Source: a virus (lineage: Duplodnaviria; Caudoviricetes). From it: DNA of 64,000 nucleotides. How positions within the stretch are numbered: position 1 is the stretch's first letter; every line of letters begins with the position of its first letter. The position numbers and the translations under genes are program-made. Below, one piece after another: positions 1 through 9,763 of the stretch. The notes below the pieces were generated by a model, which saw only the letters and a list, made by a program, of their open reading frames with translations, did not search any database and had not been told where the DNA came from. The DNA lies in the IMG/VR virus record IMGVR_UViG_3300029288_000079, positions 64,001-128,000 of that record, one strand, 5' to 3'.

Positions 1-153
1 ATTTTCTGTAGTAGATGTTGCACCCCATCCTGTAGGAATTACTGAGATATTAAATTTATTAGACTGAAATAAATCTCTAACTATATCTCGAGCATGAGAC
101 CCATATCCAGAGCGCGAAAACACAGAAGCTTGAAATATTATATTTGTTTTCAT
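1..153 (-). CDS. Glycosyltransferase, N-terminal part (runs off the window)
   Basis: ATG at 153 gives MKTNIIFQASVFSRSGYGSHARDIVRDL..., the SGYG-type N-terminus of phage GT-B glycosyltransferases; directly follows another GT. Confidence 0.7.
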   Translation of the reverse strand, partial: MKTNIIFQASVFSRSGYGSHARDIVRDLFQSNKFNISVIPTGWGATSTTEN

Positions 154-161
154 ATAATTTC

Positions 162-1448
162 CTAGTGAACACTAAAACGCCATGATTTAAATATTTTGGG
201 AGTATTATGAATATCCTGAAGATATTTATCCCATTTCTCTAGAGTATTTTCAATACTATAATTTTCAACCATAAATTTCTGACCTAAATTTCCCACAGTT
301 GTCTTCCAATTACCATCTTTAACTCTCATGTAGGCTTCGGAAAGGGAATTTACAATAGTTTTAACAGATACATAATCTCGATGAATATAAGGTGCCTGTG
401 GAACCCCAAAAAGATCCTTTACTTCAGGTTTCAATAATATACCAAACTCAACATTCTCATCAAAAGCCTTGCAACCTTTACCATCTTCACATTCTACAGC
501 ATCATGATGAACTATAATTTGCATTTGTTCTGTCATACCTCCTGTAGATGTCACTATACAAGGAGTCCCGGCAAACAAAGATTCAGACACACAAAGACCA
601 AATCCTTCAGAATGAGCAATATTCAATGTTACATCTGAAATATTATAAAACATATTTAATTGGTTGGTATCAACACGCTGTTGATTCAAAATTATAGGGG
701 CATTTATAGTATTAAGATCTTTGACTACAGTTGGTATATCAGTTCCTTCGGGATCTACTGCCACTGTATTCATCAATAATATTGAATTAGGGTGTGTTTT
801 ATAAAATTCAATAAAAGATAAAATTACATCCCCAGGACGTTTCCTAGAAATGTTACGATTGTTCCAAAATATAATAAAGTCTGTATTAGGCTTTCCTATA
901 CGCTTCACAAATTCAGATCTTATCTTCTTTACTTCGATAGAATCCATATTAAAAAACTCTGTAGAATCCTGCCCATGATGTATATTTACATTATTTATAT
1001 TATTAGATTGAAGTAGATCATGACTAAACTTAGAAATAGTAGTAATATAATCACAAGCACTATAATAAGGTATATTAAATTTTGGGAAGGGGGTATTATC
1101 CCATGTATGATATAAAACTACTTTGGATTTTAACCTAATTTCATTATCCATAGAAAATACATAACTAAAGAATCTAGGGTCTGAAAATAATATAATAATA
1201 TCCGGCTTTTCAATATTCATTACCATTCTAAGAAGATTTGGATTACCATAAGCATCTGAGGTGGGATATAATTTAATATCTTTAAAAACCAATGGTGTAT
1301 TGTTCTGTTTACGTAAGGATCCTGCTATAGATGATACTATATATCTTCCAGACTTCACCAGTCCTTGCATAATCTTCAATGCTTGTATTCCTACACCAGT
1401 GGGCATACGAATATCATCGGTTACGAATAAAACCTTGATTTTATCCAA
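162..1448 (-). CDS. GT-B (family 4-like) glycosyltransferase
   Basis: N-terminal TG(V)G loop, NRNxxRKR, and HSEGFGLCVSES...GTPCI GT4 signature; GGAGGAG SD before TTG start. Confidence 0.9.
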   Translation of the reverse strand: MDKIKVLFVTDDIRMPTGVGIQALKIMQGLVKSGRYIVSSIAGSLRKQNNTPLVFKDIKLYPTSDAYGNPNLLRMVMNIEKPDIIILFSDPRFFSYVFSMDNEIRLKSKVVLYHTWDNTPFPKFNIPYYSACDYITTISKFSHDLLQSNNINNVNIHHGQDSTEFFNMDSIEVKKIRSEFVKRIGKPNTDFIIFWNNRNISRKRPGDVILSFIEFYKTHPNSILLMNTVAVDPEGTDIPTVVKDLNTINAPIILNQQRVDTNQLNMFYNISDVTLNIAHSEGFGLCVSESLFAGTPCIVTSTGGMTEQMQIIVHHDAVECEDGKGCKAFDENVEFGILLKPEVKDLFGVPQAPYIHRDYVSVKTIVNSLSEAYMRVKDGNWKTTVGNLGQKFMVENYSIENTLEKWDKYLQDIHNTPKIFKSWRFSVH

Positions 1449-1491
1449 AAATAGCTCCTCCTAAGAATTGATCTCTATTATATATAATGTC

Positions 1492-1509
1492 CAATAAAAT
1501 GTGATTATT
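1492..1509 (-). promoter_or_regulatory. Shared upstream element, copy 1 (CAATAAAATGTGATTATT)
   Basis: 17/18 match to 3533..3550; both copies are intergenic and lie upstream of minus-strand gene clusters next to TATAAT-like boxes. Confidence 0.45.
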
Positions 1510-1551
1510 TATCGAAATTATAAATAAATTTAAGATTTTTAAAATATATAT

Positions 1552-2070
1552 TTAAGACTTTGCAGTGGAAAGAAGTTGCTCGAGTGTTTTAGGTGTGTAA
1601 TTATTTTGCTCAACACAAATGTTTATAAATTTATCTTTATGTATTAATCTTTCATGTGTATGTCCATATAGAATATGATCCCTAATCTTGATGATATCCT
1701 CACTAACTTTGCTAGGATCATGAACTACACAAACTGTACCAGAATTATATAGAGATACAACCTCTTTAAATCCCATTTCTCTCATACTTTTAGAAGATCT
1801 ATCATGATTTCCTCTAACAAGTATTTTATCCCCATTTAGACATTCCAATATATGTTTTGCCGTATCAAAATTACACAAGGCAAAGTCTCCACCATGTATT
1901 ACCAAATCCCCCTGCTGCACAACTGAATTCCAATTTCTTATCATAGTTTCATTCATCTCATTTACATCAACAAATGGCCTATCACAATACTTGATGATAT
2001 TTGTGTGAAAAAAATGATTGTCCGATGTATAGAATATATTCATAATCTTATAGATTTTCTTTCCCATCAC
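1552..2070 (-). CDS. Calcineurin-like metallophosphoesterase (true start probably MNIFYTSD at 2043)
   Basis: SDxH, GDF, GNHD, HD, GHTH motifs. Confidence 0.9.
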   Translation of the reverse strand: MMGKKIYKIMNIFYTSDNHFFHTNIIKYCDRPFVDVNEMNETMIRNWNSVVQQGDLVIHGGDFALCNFDTAKHILECLNGDKILVRGNHDRSSKSMREMGFKEVVSLYNSGTVCVVHDPSKVSEDIIKIRDHILYGHTHERLIHKDKFINICVEQNNYTPKTLEQLLSTAKS

Positions 2071-2239
2071 CTATGACCCTAAAACAATGAAATTCATCAC
2101 AGCCCGAGGACCAATTCACTATTTTCTTCTTTATTTTGCAAAACCCTTCACCACTATTATCAAATGGCTTTTTCTTTGGTGAGAGATATATACAAAAATC
2201 ACATACTATATCACAATTTTCACTGCATTTTGTAGCCAT
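2048..2239 (-). CDS. Small Cys-rich hypothetical protein
   Basis: CxxxC, CxxC and CxxxxC motifs; tightly packed in the operon. Confidence 0.6.
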   Translation of the reverse strand: MATKCSENCDIVCDFCIYLSPKKKPFDNSGEGFCKIKKKIVNWSSGCDEFHCFRVIGDGKENL

Positions 2240-2240
2240 A

Positions 2241-2648
2241 TTATTTCCAAATTTGATATAAATTAATGCACCATTTTTTAAATGTCCAATTCTTCATAAG
2301 TAGAACATGATATACTAGCGTAAAGCTCGGGACCCAGAAACAAAGCCATCCTAATAATATCACTCTCCACCATTCCCAGCCTTGAAGAACAAAGGGAGCT
2401 ACTATCATGGCTATCACAGCTAATAGATTTCGAATAGTATCAAAAAAATGCCAATAACCTGCACTCCATGGATAACCTTGATTTACCTTTTCTGTAAGCA
2501 AACCTCTTTTTTCATCATACCAATTAACCAAAATCTGCCCAAATTTTTCAAGATAAGGGCGAATAATTTTTTCACCATCTTTATGAGCATCCGTAATAGC
2601 CTTACATATATAGATTAATGTCCATAATACAACTAGTATCCACCACAT
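2241..2648 (-). CDS. Hypothetical membrane protein
   Basis: Three hydrophobic segments; GAGGTGA SD. Confidence 0.7.
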   Translation of the reverse strand: MWWILVVLWTLIYICKAITDAHKDGEKIIRPYLEKFGQILVNWYDEKRGLLTEKVNQGYPWSAGYWHFFDTIRNLLAVIAMIVAPFVLQGWEWWRVILLGWLCFWVPSFTLVYHVLLMKNWTFKKWCINLYQIWK

Positions 2649-2656
2649 AGATCACC

Positions 2657-3382
2657 TCAAAATATTATTGAATTTAATTTACCATTTTCAGTAATTTCCA
2701 TTATCATATGTTTACTCTGTAAACAATCAATACAGTAATTTTCATCTCTTTTTCTAAATTCAGACCCAGGAGTATGTCCAAATATCTGTCGTAAGCCTTC
2801 AATCGAATCAAAATCCCAACAATAATCACACCAGAAAATGCCACCTACATTATTTGCACCTCCCCGAGAAGCTCCTATGTTGTATACCATTCCAAAGTCT
2901 AGGTTTCGAATCTCTTGATCAAGCCACATTGTAAGCATGTTCATATCATCAAGTGTATTACTATCATATGGTATTAGTCTTTTTGTAAGACCTGCATGTG
3001 TTATCAATATTTTATGCTCAACAATTAACTCATATGGCTTCAGTAATTGGTGCATGTCACTAAAATGGCACATTAACTGTGCTGCAAAACTACTAGCATT
3101 GCCACTACACCCCATTCTTTCAGGCATCAAATAACCCAGCTCATGATTCCCTTTTAATGCTATAAATTTTCTACAATCACCTGTTATTTTATCTGTATAA
3201 GAACTTCTTCTTACATCATTCAAAATCTCTTCAATCAATAGTAATTGTTGTTTTCTTGTTTTATTAAAGGAATCAACATAATCACCTACCAAAATAATAT
3301 CATGATCTTTAAATTTATCTTTTATCTCATGATATATGTCTATATCTCCATGAAGATCACCTACAACTATTTTTTTAGTCAT
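2657..3382 (-). CDS. Metallophosphoesterase (Ser/Thr phosphatase-like)
   Basis: GDLHG, GDYVD, GNHE, HAG, GHT motifs. Confidence 0.9.
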   Translation of the reverse strand: MTKKIVVGDLHGDIDIYHEIKDKFKDHDIILVGDYVDSFNKTRKQQLLLIEEILNDVRRSSYTDKITGDCRKFIALKGNHELGYLMPERMGCSGNASSFAAQLMCHFSDMHQLLKPYELIVEHKILITHAGLTKRLIPYDSNTLDDMNMLTMWLDQEIRNLDFGMVYNIGASRGGANNVGGIFWCDYCWDFDSIEGLRQIFGHTPGSEFRKRDENYCIDCLQSKHMIMEITENGKLNSIIF

Positions 3383-3532
3383 GACACTCCTGTTAAATAA
3401 AAATGTCTTAATATAAGATAATTATAAAAAGACATTTTTACAATAGACATTTTTACAATAGAAAAAGAAAATATGTTAAAATTAAGTAAATTAGAACCTT
3501 TGATAATTAATACATATAATGTATATATTATA

Positions 3533-3550
3533 CAATAAAAAGTGATTATT
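3533..3550 (-). promoter_or_regulatory. Shared upstream element, copy 2 (CAATAAAAAGTGATTATT), overlapping an extended -10-like TGTATAAT
   Basis: See 1492..1509. Confidence 0.45.
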
Positions 3551-3581
3551 TATTTAAATGAAAAACTAATTATTTAATTCA

Positions 3582-5279
3582 TTAATCAAATTTATAAATA
3601 TAACTTATTTCTGCAGATCCATTAATACCACTGTAGCCAGTTGTAAATTTATACCACCATCCTGGAGGTACGAAAAATGACATATTACCAAATGTAAATA
3701 AAACATCAGTGCTGTAATAATTATTGTATTTTTGAGTTCCTACAATACCTACTTGCATAGTACAGGCGGCATTAGTGGGGCCAATATATGCCATACTATA
3801 GCCATAACCTATACCAGAAGCTGTAGCTCCATATCCAGAAACAACTCCTCGAGCGGTTATAAATATTGTATAAGGTTTAGTGTTTTGATAAGCTACGTTA
3901 GCGATTGTAGTACTTGTAATGTCATTTACGCATCCAAATTGATTGGCAAGAGATTTTTGACCACTACCCGACCCACCAATAATTACAGGCATACTTCCAG
4001 GAAAAGCATCTACACTACCTGTTGAAATCAATCCTATAGCCCCTCTAATCATTCTAAGCTCATCCTGCAGAGATCCTGAAGCCACGCTTGTATTAAAAGC
4101 TACGGGAGATCTATTAGATAATGATGCATCACGTATATCTGATGTATCCATTGTATAGAATTGTCTCGAGTCTGTATAAACTATTTGGATTCCCCCATCA
4201 TTAACTACAGCTGAGCCTAGTTTTAAATATTGAGAGTACTTATGTGGATTTTCATCCTCCCATATATAAGATGTCTGACTTATAAATGCAGGAACACAAG
4301 CCGAATTCACAACTACCCAATAATTACCATCAGCCATTAGAGGAGATACTGCATATAAGTTTGGAATAGACCCAGAAACCATATTCCCATTAATTAACAT
4401 ATATGCACTACTTGGAGTTTGAAACTCTATATAGTCAATTCCTAAATCTATTACAGATCCTAAATAACTGGATTTTGCTATATCATTTCTAGAAGTTAAT
4501 ATTATACCATTTACATGACTATAACGTTCATGATCTGCAATATCTTGACCTGTATATCCAAGATCGGATAGGTTCTGACCATGAGGGTTTGTAGTAGATA
4601 TAGCAGCATGACCAATAGCCTTTACATGATCTTCTACACTAGTCCAACCCATAGTTAAAGATGGTTCAATCAAAGGATCTAATATAACAGAATTTGCAGG
4701 AGTAATTGTTCTACAATACTGTCTCATGTCTGTAATAATTCCACTGATATACCCACTACTATTTGCAGTAAATCTACCTAAAGGTATTTCACCTACGGAT
4801 GCTGATGCAGCTTCAATTCTTATTTGATAACTATCATAATAACGAGTATAAAAATTTATACCTATATCATCAGATTGTAAAGATCCCGAAGACTCCTGAT
4901 ATTTTAATTTAATATATTTTGTGCCAGATGTAGTTTCAGTCCAATAAGAAGTTGCTGTATTATCACCTAATGTAATAGTATGACTATTATTTATATTAAT
5001 AAAATTTCCACTAGAATCTAAAGCAGATCCTGAAGCAACTATAATTATAGTAGAACTATTTTGATTACAATAGAAATTACTGGTAGTCTTAGCATAATCC
5101 TGAGGAGAACCATATATACCTCCCTGAGATATATTACCTCCTGTAAGAGAGGATATACCACCAGAATTTCCTAAAGTTGACAAAGATCTTTTGGCAACCT
5201 GGTTAGAAACGGATGATTCAATGTTATTAAGATCATCGGACATTACATCTTGATCATTAAAAAAGTTAGCTCGTTCCAT
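3582..5279 (-). CDS. Baseplate/tail-fibre attachment protein
   Basis: Follows baseplate wedge genes; NPH motif; C-terminal YQNT...FFVPPGWWY fibre-type domain. Confidence 0.6.
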   Translation of the reverse strand: MERANFFNDQDVMSDDLNNIESSVSNQVAKRSLSTLGNSGGISSLTGGNISQGGIYGSPQDYAKTTSNFYCNQNSSTIIIVASGSALDSSGNFININNSHTITLGDNTATSYWTETTSGTKYIKLKYQESSGSLQSDDIGINFYTRYYDSYQIRIEAASASVGEIPLGRFTANSSGYISGIITDMRQYCRTITPANSVILDPLIEPSLTMGWTSVEDHVKAIGHAAISTTNPHGQNLSDLGYTGQDIADHERYSHVNGIILTSRNDIAKSSYLGSVIDLGIDYIEFQTPSSAYMLINGNMVSGSIPNLYAVSPLMADGNYWVVVNSACVPAFISQTSYIWEDENPHKYSQYLKLGSAVVNDGGIQIVYTDSRQFYTMDTSDIRDASLSNRSPVAFNTSVASGSLQDELRMIRGAIGLISTGSVDAFPGSMPVIIGGSGSGQKSLANQFGCVNDITSTTIANVAYQNTKPYTIFITARGVVSGYGATASGIGYGYSMAYIGPTNAACTMQVGIVGTQKYNNYYSTDVLFTFGNMSFFVPPGWWYKFTTGYSGINGSAEISYIYKFD

Positions 5280-5301
5280 AATTTCACCAATTTAATTTAA
5301 G

Positions 5302-8300
5302 TTATGTTTTCTCTAAGGGTAATTTATACAGGTTATAATAAGATAAATCCTTACTTCTAAAAACTCGTGGTTCAATAGCTTTTAAAGCAAATCCATAATA
5401 TTGAAAGTCTCCGGAACCTGAAGCAAATACAGAAACCTTAGACTGATAATAGTTATCCACTGATCCTGACGCTATAATTATAGGCTCAATATATCTAGGA
5501 GCATACTGAATAAATCTTTCTTTAATAGAATCAGGAGTAGATGCCCATGGAGATATCATTATTTCATCTATAGCTATATTATAAGAAGATGAATTATTAT
5601 TACTTATATATAATTCTGTAGGAGAATTAGATATATTCTGTGGATTTACAGTTATAGATCCAGAAGAAATATATTCTCCATCAACAAAAAACTTTGCTTT
5701 ATTATTTTTACATGTTACTGTAAAATAATGATATCTTCTTGGTTCTTCTAATAAATATGTTGATATAGATGCTGATGCGACACTAGTAGTAGATCCTGAC
5801 TTTGCAGTATAAGAAAAAGTTTCTTCATCAGAATCTATAGATATCAAATATCCATCTCCTACCAATGAAGTACCTGCAGCAGATGTAGTCTCGCGCTTCA
5901 AAATTATAAGTCCCGTACCGTCAGCAAAGGTTTTATCAACTCCATTTATTAAAAATTCTGCAGTCAGACCTGCATATGAGTCTATATCATTTGTAGTATT
6001 GCCCGTATAAATTAAACTACTATTAACACCATGATCAACTAAATTCATAGACAAAGCTAGTCTATCTGAAGATCTGCCTATTTCAAATATAGGGTTATTA
6101 GAAGAGCTAGATTTTTGTAGATTATTCATATTACCTGAAATATCCCAAAGTGAACTGCTGCTAAGCATTACCCAATGAGCCCCACAAGCTCCTTTTATTC
6201 CACTATATATAGAATTAATTCCAGTAATATCTATGATACATCCAGAACCAGAACCACCTGTAGTTATATTTCTTTTATTTACAACATATCCACTAGATCC
6301 ACTTGATAATAGAGTTACCTCTGAAACTATACCCCCAGAAATTGCTTTTACTTCAGTTATATTAACAGTACATCCTGATCCTGAACCACCTGTAGTTACA
6401 TTTCCTGTACTTACAGAATATCCACTAGAACCTTCAGAAATTAACTCTAATAAATTAACTTCTCCACCAGTATTTTTATTAATACCTGTTATATTAACAG
6501 TACATCCTGATCCTGAACCACCTGTAGTTACATTTCCTGTACTTACAGAATATCCACTAGAACCACTTGATAATAATGAAATAGAAGATACAACACCTCC
6601 AAGCAGACCCACATCAGGTGTTACCTCAGTTATATTAACAGTACATCCTGATCCTGAACCACCTGTAGTTACATTTCCCGATCCAACTGTATATTTCGAT
6701 TGCCCCCCATAATATAATGAAACTGATGTAGCAGAACCGCCACCATTAGCTTCAATACCTGTTATATTAACAGTACATCCTGATCCTGAACCACCTGTAG
6801 TTACATTTCCTGTACTTACAGAATATCCACTAGAACCACTTGATAATAAATTAACATCTACAATACTACCACCACCACTAGCTTCAATACCTGTTATTTC
6901 AATAGTACATCCTGATCCTGAACCACCTGTAGTTACATTTCCTGTACTTACAGAATATCCACTAGAACCACTTGATAATAATGAAACTGAACCAACTCCC
7001 CCTCCTGATCCTAAAGTTATAATAGACCCAGACATAGTTTGTGTAGGATCACTATACGAACAAAGTATTCCCGAAGCATAATATCCTGGTAAAATTGATG
7101 TTAGAGTAACTACAGGTAATGAACCTGTACCATTCGTAGCAATATGCTTTGTACCTTCATTTATTTTAGATACAATAGCATTAGCGGTATTTACTGCAGA
7201 AGAACCTGATCCTATAGTTAAACTATATCCCGTGTATCCTAAAAGATAAATAGAAGCTATTGATCCTGAACTACTAGTCCCATTTACTGTTATATTAAAA
7301 GATTCTTGTACACCACCACTACTAACAGTTAAAACCTTAGCTACAGCATCACCAGACCCACCCGTTAAAGTAATTAAATCATCTACAGCATAACCTGATC
7401 CACTAGCAGTTGTAGTAGAGTTTATAGCAGAAATTAAACCTGTTAAAGTACTGGCAGAAGCAACTTGTACAGTAGCATCACCAGAACCACCTGTAAGTGT
7501 AAGTATATCTCCTGTTACATAAAGTAATCCTGAAGCAGTTGGGGCAGAAGCTATAGAAGATACCTTACCTATAAGATTTGTTGCTGCTGACACATTAACT
7601 GTAGCATCTCCCGAGCCTCCTACAACAATAAGTCTATCATTAACTACATATCCTGTACCTGAAGCTGTGGGAGAAGAAGCTACTGATATAATTTTACCAC
7701 CACTAGCTTCAATACCTGTTATTTCAATAGTACATCCTGATCCTGAACCACCTGTAGTTACATTTCCTGTACTTACAGAATATCCACTAGAACCACTTGA
7801 TAATAATGAAACTGAACCAACTCCCCCTCCTGATCCTAAAGTTATAATAGACCCAGACATAGTTTGTGTAGGATCACTATACGAACAAAGTATTCCCGAA
7901 GCATAATATCCTGGTAAAATTGATGTTAGAGTAACTACAGGTAATGAACCTGTACCATTCGTAGCAATATGCTTTGTACCTTCATTTATTTTAGATACAA
8001 TAGCATTAGCGGTATTTACTGCAGAAGAACCTGATCCTATAGTTAAACTATATCCCGTGTATCCTAAAAGATAAATAGAAGCTATTGATCCTGAACTACT
8101 AGTCCCATTTACTGTTATATTAAAAGATTCTTGTACACCACCACTACTAACAGTTAAAACCTTAGCTACAGCATCACCAGACCCACCCGTTAAAGTAATT
8201 AAATCATCTACAGCATAACCTGATCCACTAGCAGTTGTAGTAGAGTTTATAGCAGAAATTAAACCTGTTAAAGTACTGGCAGAAGCAACTTGTACAGTAG

Positions 8301-9762
8301 CATCACCAGAACCACCTGTAAGTGTAAGTATATCTCCTACATTATATTTAGAACCCACAACAGTTGGAGTTGAATTTATAGATAATATCGATCCAGATGC
8401 AGTGCTTACTGTCTTAACCTTAACTGTAGCATCTCCAGAACCACCTGTAAGTGTAAGTATATCATCCACCTCATATAGAGATCCCTTAGCTGTAGGAATT
8501 ACATCTATGTTTGATATATTAAATGTTAAAGTACTGGCAGAAGCAACTTGTACAGTAGCATTTCCAGAACCACCTAAAACTGTAAGTATATTTCCTACAA
8601 CATACAGAGATCCGGCAGAATAAGGTGTTGGATTTATAGATGATATTGTTCCTGCTGAAGATAAATCTCCCTCTCCAGCCATCCATTTTATTGGCTCTGA
8701 AGATACTAATTGATAATAGACAGAATCGGGAATAGAAGATGATGCGTAAGATCTTAAATATCTATCATAGTAAGCATCATTCTTAGCCAAACAAGTCCAA
8801 TCTACTACACTTCCACTAGATTGATATATCAAATTAGATGTGTCTAAAACCTCACTTATAATATTATGATTATTACTATCTATCCCCCAAGTAGTTTCTA
8901 TACTATTGGTAAGAAATGAATTTTTCATTTCAAAATAATTAGAATTATATGTTGAGCCTGTAGCACGACTTAAAATATAATCACTCTTATAAAAAAATCT
9001 TGGAACAATATCTGCACGAATATTTTTTGAAATACTTTTTTCAATAGAGTCTTTAAAAGAAGAATCATTAATCAAGGAATAAATATATATGTCCAACCCA
9101 TTGTAAAATTGCTGTCTACTACGTAATTTTGTATTATGACCTAACTTAGTATATGTTACTTTAAAAGTATCCCCTACAGAAAAAGATATATCTGTAGGAA
9201 GAATAGTTCCTATACGAGATATTGATGTGTCAGATATAATAAATCCTTTTCCAATAGCTATAACAGATCCTGATTGATTCGACAAACACCAACCATCATA
9301 TCCAGACCTTTGACTATCAATGATATAGGGGGCCACTCCTAAGTAAGATTGACTAATTAAATCAATACCCATTTGTGTAGTGGCTACATTAGATGCTTCA
9401 TTTATTAATTTTAAGTTTGTACGGTAATCCTGAAGACCTGAATCATTATTATATGTCTCGTAATCTTGATTGCTTTGCTTTAATAATTGTGCAAGTACAC
9501 CAAAATTTTCATATATTTTAGTATTATCACTAGATCCTACAGGTATAGTCCTAACTTCATCAATATTAAGATCATTATATGTATTATTTATTTCTGTAGA
9601 AGCTGAGGATAACTGATCAGCACTCATATAAAGCATCTTGTAAATAGAAGTTCCAAGAATATTTACGGGATACCAACGAGGTGACAAATAAGAAAACATA
9701 TTTGCAACTATTCTATTAACTGAGCCTGCAGCATGATCAGACCATTTTAAGTATATTGCCAT
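5302..9762 (-). CDS. Large baseplate wedge-associated protein with nested beta-repeats and a C-terminal LamG/ConA-like domain
   Basis: Directly downstream of baseplate J; GSGY/GGSG repeats; YHYFTVT..FFVDG..IDEI LamG-like pattern. Confidence 0.7.
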   Translation of the reverse strand: MAIYLKWSDHAAGSVNRIVANMFSYLSPRWYPVNILGTSIYKMLYMSADQLSSASTEINNTYNDLNIDEVRTIPVGSSDNTKIYENFGVLAQLLKQSNQDYETYNNDSGLQDYRTNLKLINEASNVATTQMGIDLISQSYLGVAPYIIDSQRSGYDGWCLSNQSGSVIAIGKGFIISDTSISRIGTILPTDISFSVGDTFKVTYTKLGHNTKLRSRQQFYNGLDIYIYSLINDSSFKDSIEKSISKNIRADIVPRFFYKSDYILSRATGSTYNSNYFEMKNSFLTNSIETTWGIDSNNHNIISEVLDTSNLIYQSSGSVVDWTCLAKNDAYYDRYLRSYASSSIPDSVYYQLVSSEPIKWMAGEGDLSSAGTISSINPTPYSAGSLYVVGNILTVLGGSGNATVQVASASTLTFNISNIDVIPTAKGSLYEVDDILTLTGGSGDATVKVKTVSTASGSILSINSTPTVVGSKYNVGDILTLTGGSGDATVQVASASTLTGLISAINSTTTASGSGYAVDDLITLTGGSGDAVAKVLTVSSGGVQESFNITVNGTSSSGSIASIYLLGYTGYSLTIGSGSSAVNTANAIVSKINEGTKHIATNGTGSLPVVTLTSILPGYYASGILCSYSDPTQTMSGSIITLGSGGGVGSVSLLSSGSSGYSVSTGNVTTGGSGSGCTIEITGIEASGGKIISVASSPTASGTGYVVNDRLIVVGGSGDATVNVSAATNLIGKVSSIASAPTASGLLYVTGDILTLTGGSGDATVQVASASTLTGLISAINSTTTASGSGYAVDDLITLTGGSGDAVAKVLTVSSGGVQESFNITVNGTSSSGSIASIYLLGYTGYSLTIGSGSSAVNTANAIVSKINEGTKHIATNGTGSLPVVTLTSILPGYYASGILCSYSDPTQTMSGSIITLGSGGGVGSVSLLSSGSSGYSVSTGNVTTGGSGSGCTIEITGIEASGGGSIVDVNLLSSGSSGYSVSTGNVTTGGSGSGCTVNITGIEANGGGSATSVSLYYGGQSKYTVGSGNVTTGGSGSGCTVNITEVTPDVGLLGGVVSSISLLSSGSSGYSVSTGNVTTGGSGSGCTVNITGINKNTGGEVNLLELISEGSSGYSVSTGNVTTGGSGSGCTVNITEVKAISGGIVSEVTLLSSGSSGYVVNKRNITTGGSGSGCIIDITGINSIYSGIKGACGAHWVMLSSSSLWDISGNMNNLQKSSSSNNPIFEIGRSSDRLALSMNLVDHGVNSSLIYTGNTTNDIDSYAGLTAEFLINGVDKTFADGTGLIILKRETTSAAGTSLVGDGYLISIDSDEETFSYTAKSGSTTSVASASISTYLLEEPRRYHYFTVTCKNNKAKFFVDGEYISSGSITVNPQNISNSPTELYISNNNSSSYNIAIDEIMISPWASTPDSIKERFIQYAPRYIEPIIIASGSVDNYYQSKVSVFASGSGDFQYYGFALKAIEPRVFRSKDLSYYNLYKLPLEKT
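6871..7513. repeat. 643-bp direct repeat, copy 1
   Basis: Appears identical to 7696..8338 (offset 825). Confidence 0.9.
7696..8338. repeat. 643-bp direct repeat, copy 2
   Basis: Appears identical to 6871..7513. Confidence 0.9.
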
Positions 9763-9763
9763 T

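Noticed and set aside
6233-8623. Plus-strand Pro-rich ORFs (6233..6712, 7667..7906, 8402..8623)
   Set aside because: Antisense shadows of Gly/Ser repeats in the minus-strand gene
6215-8645. CRISPR array
   Set aside because: Repeats are in-frame protein repeats of variable length without unique constant-length spacers
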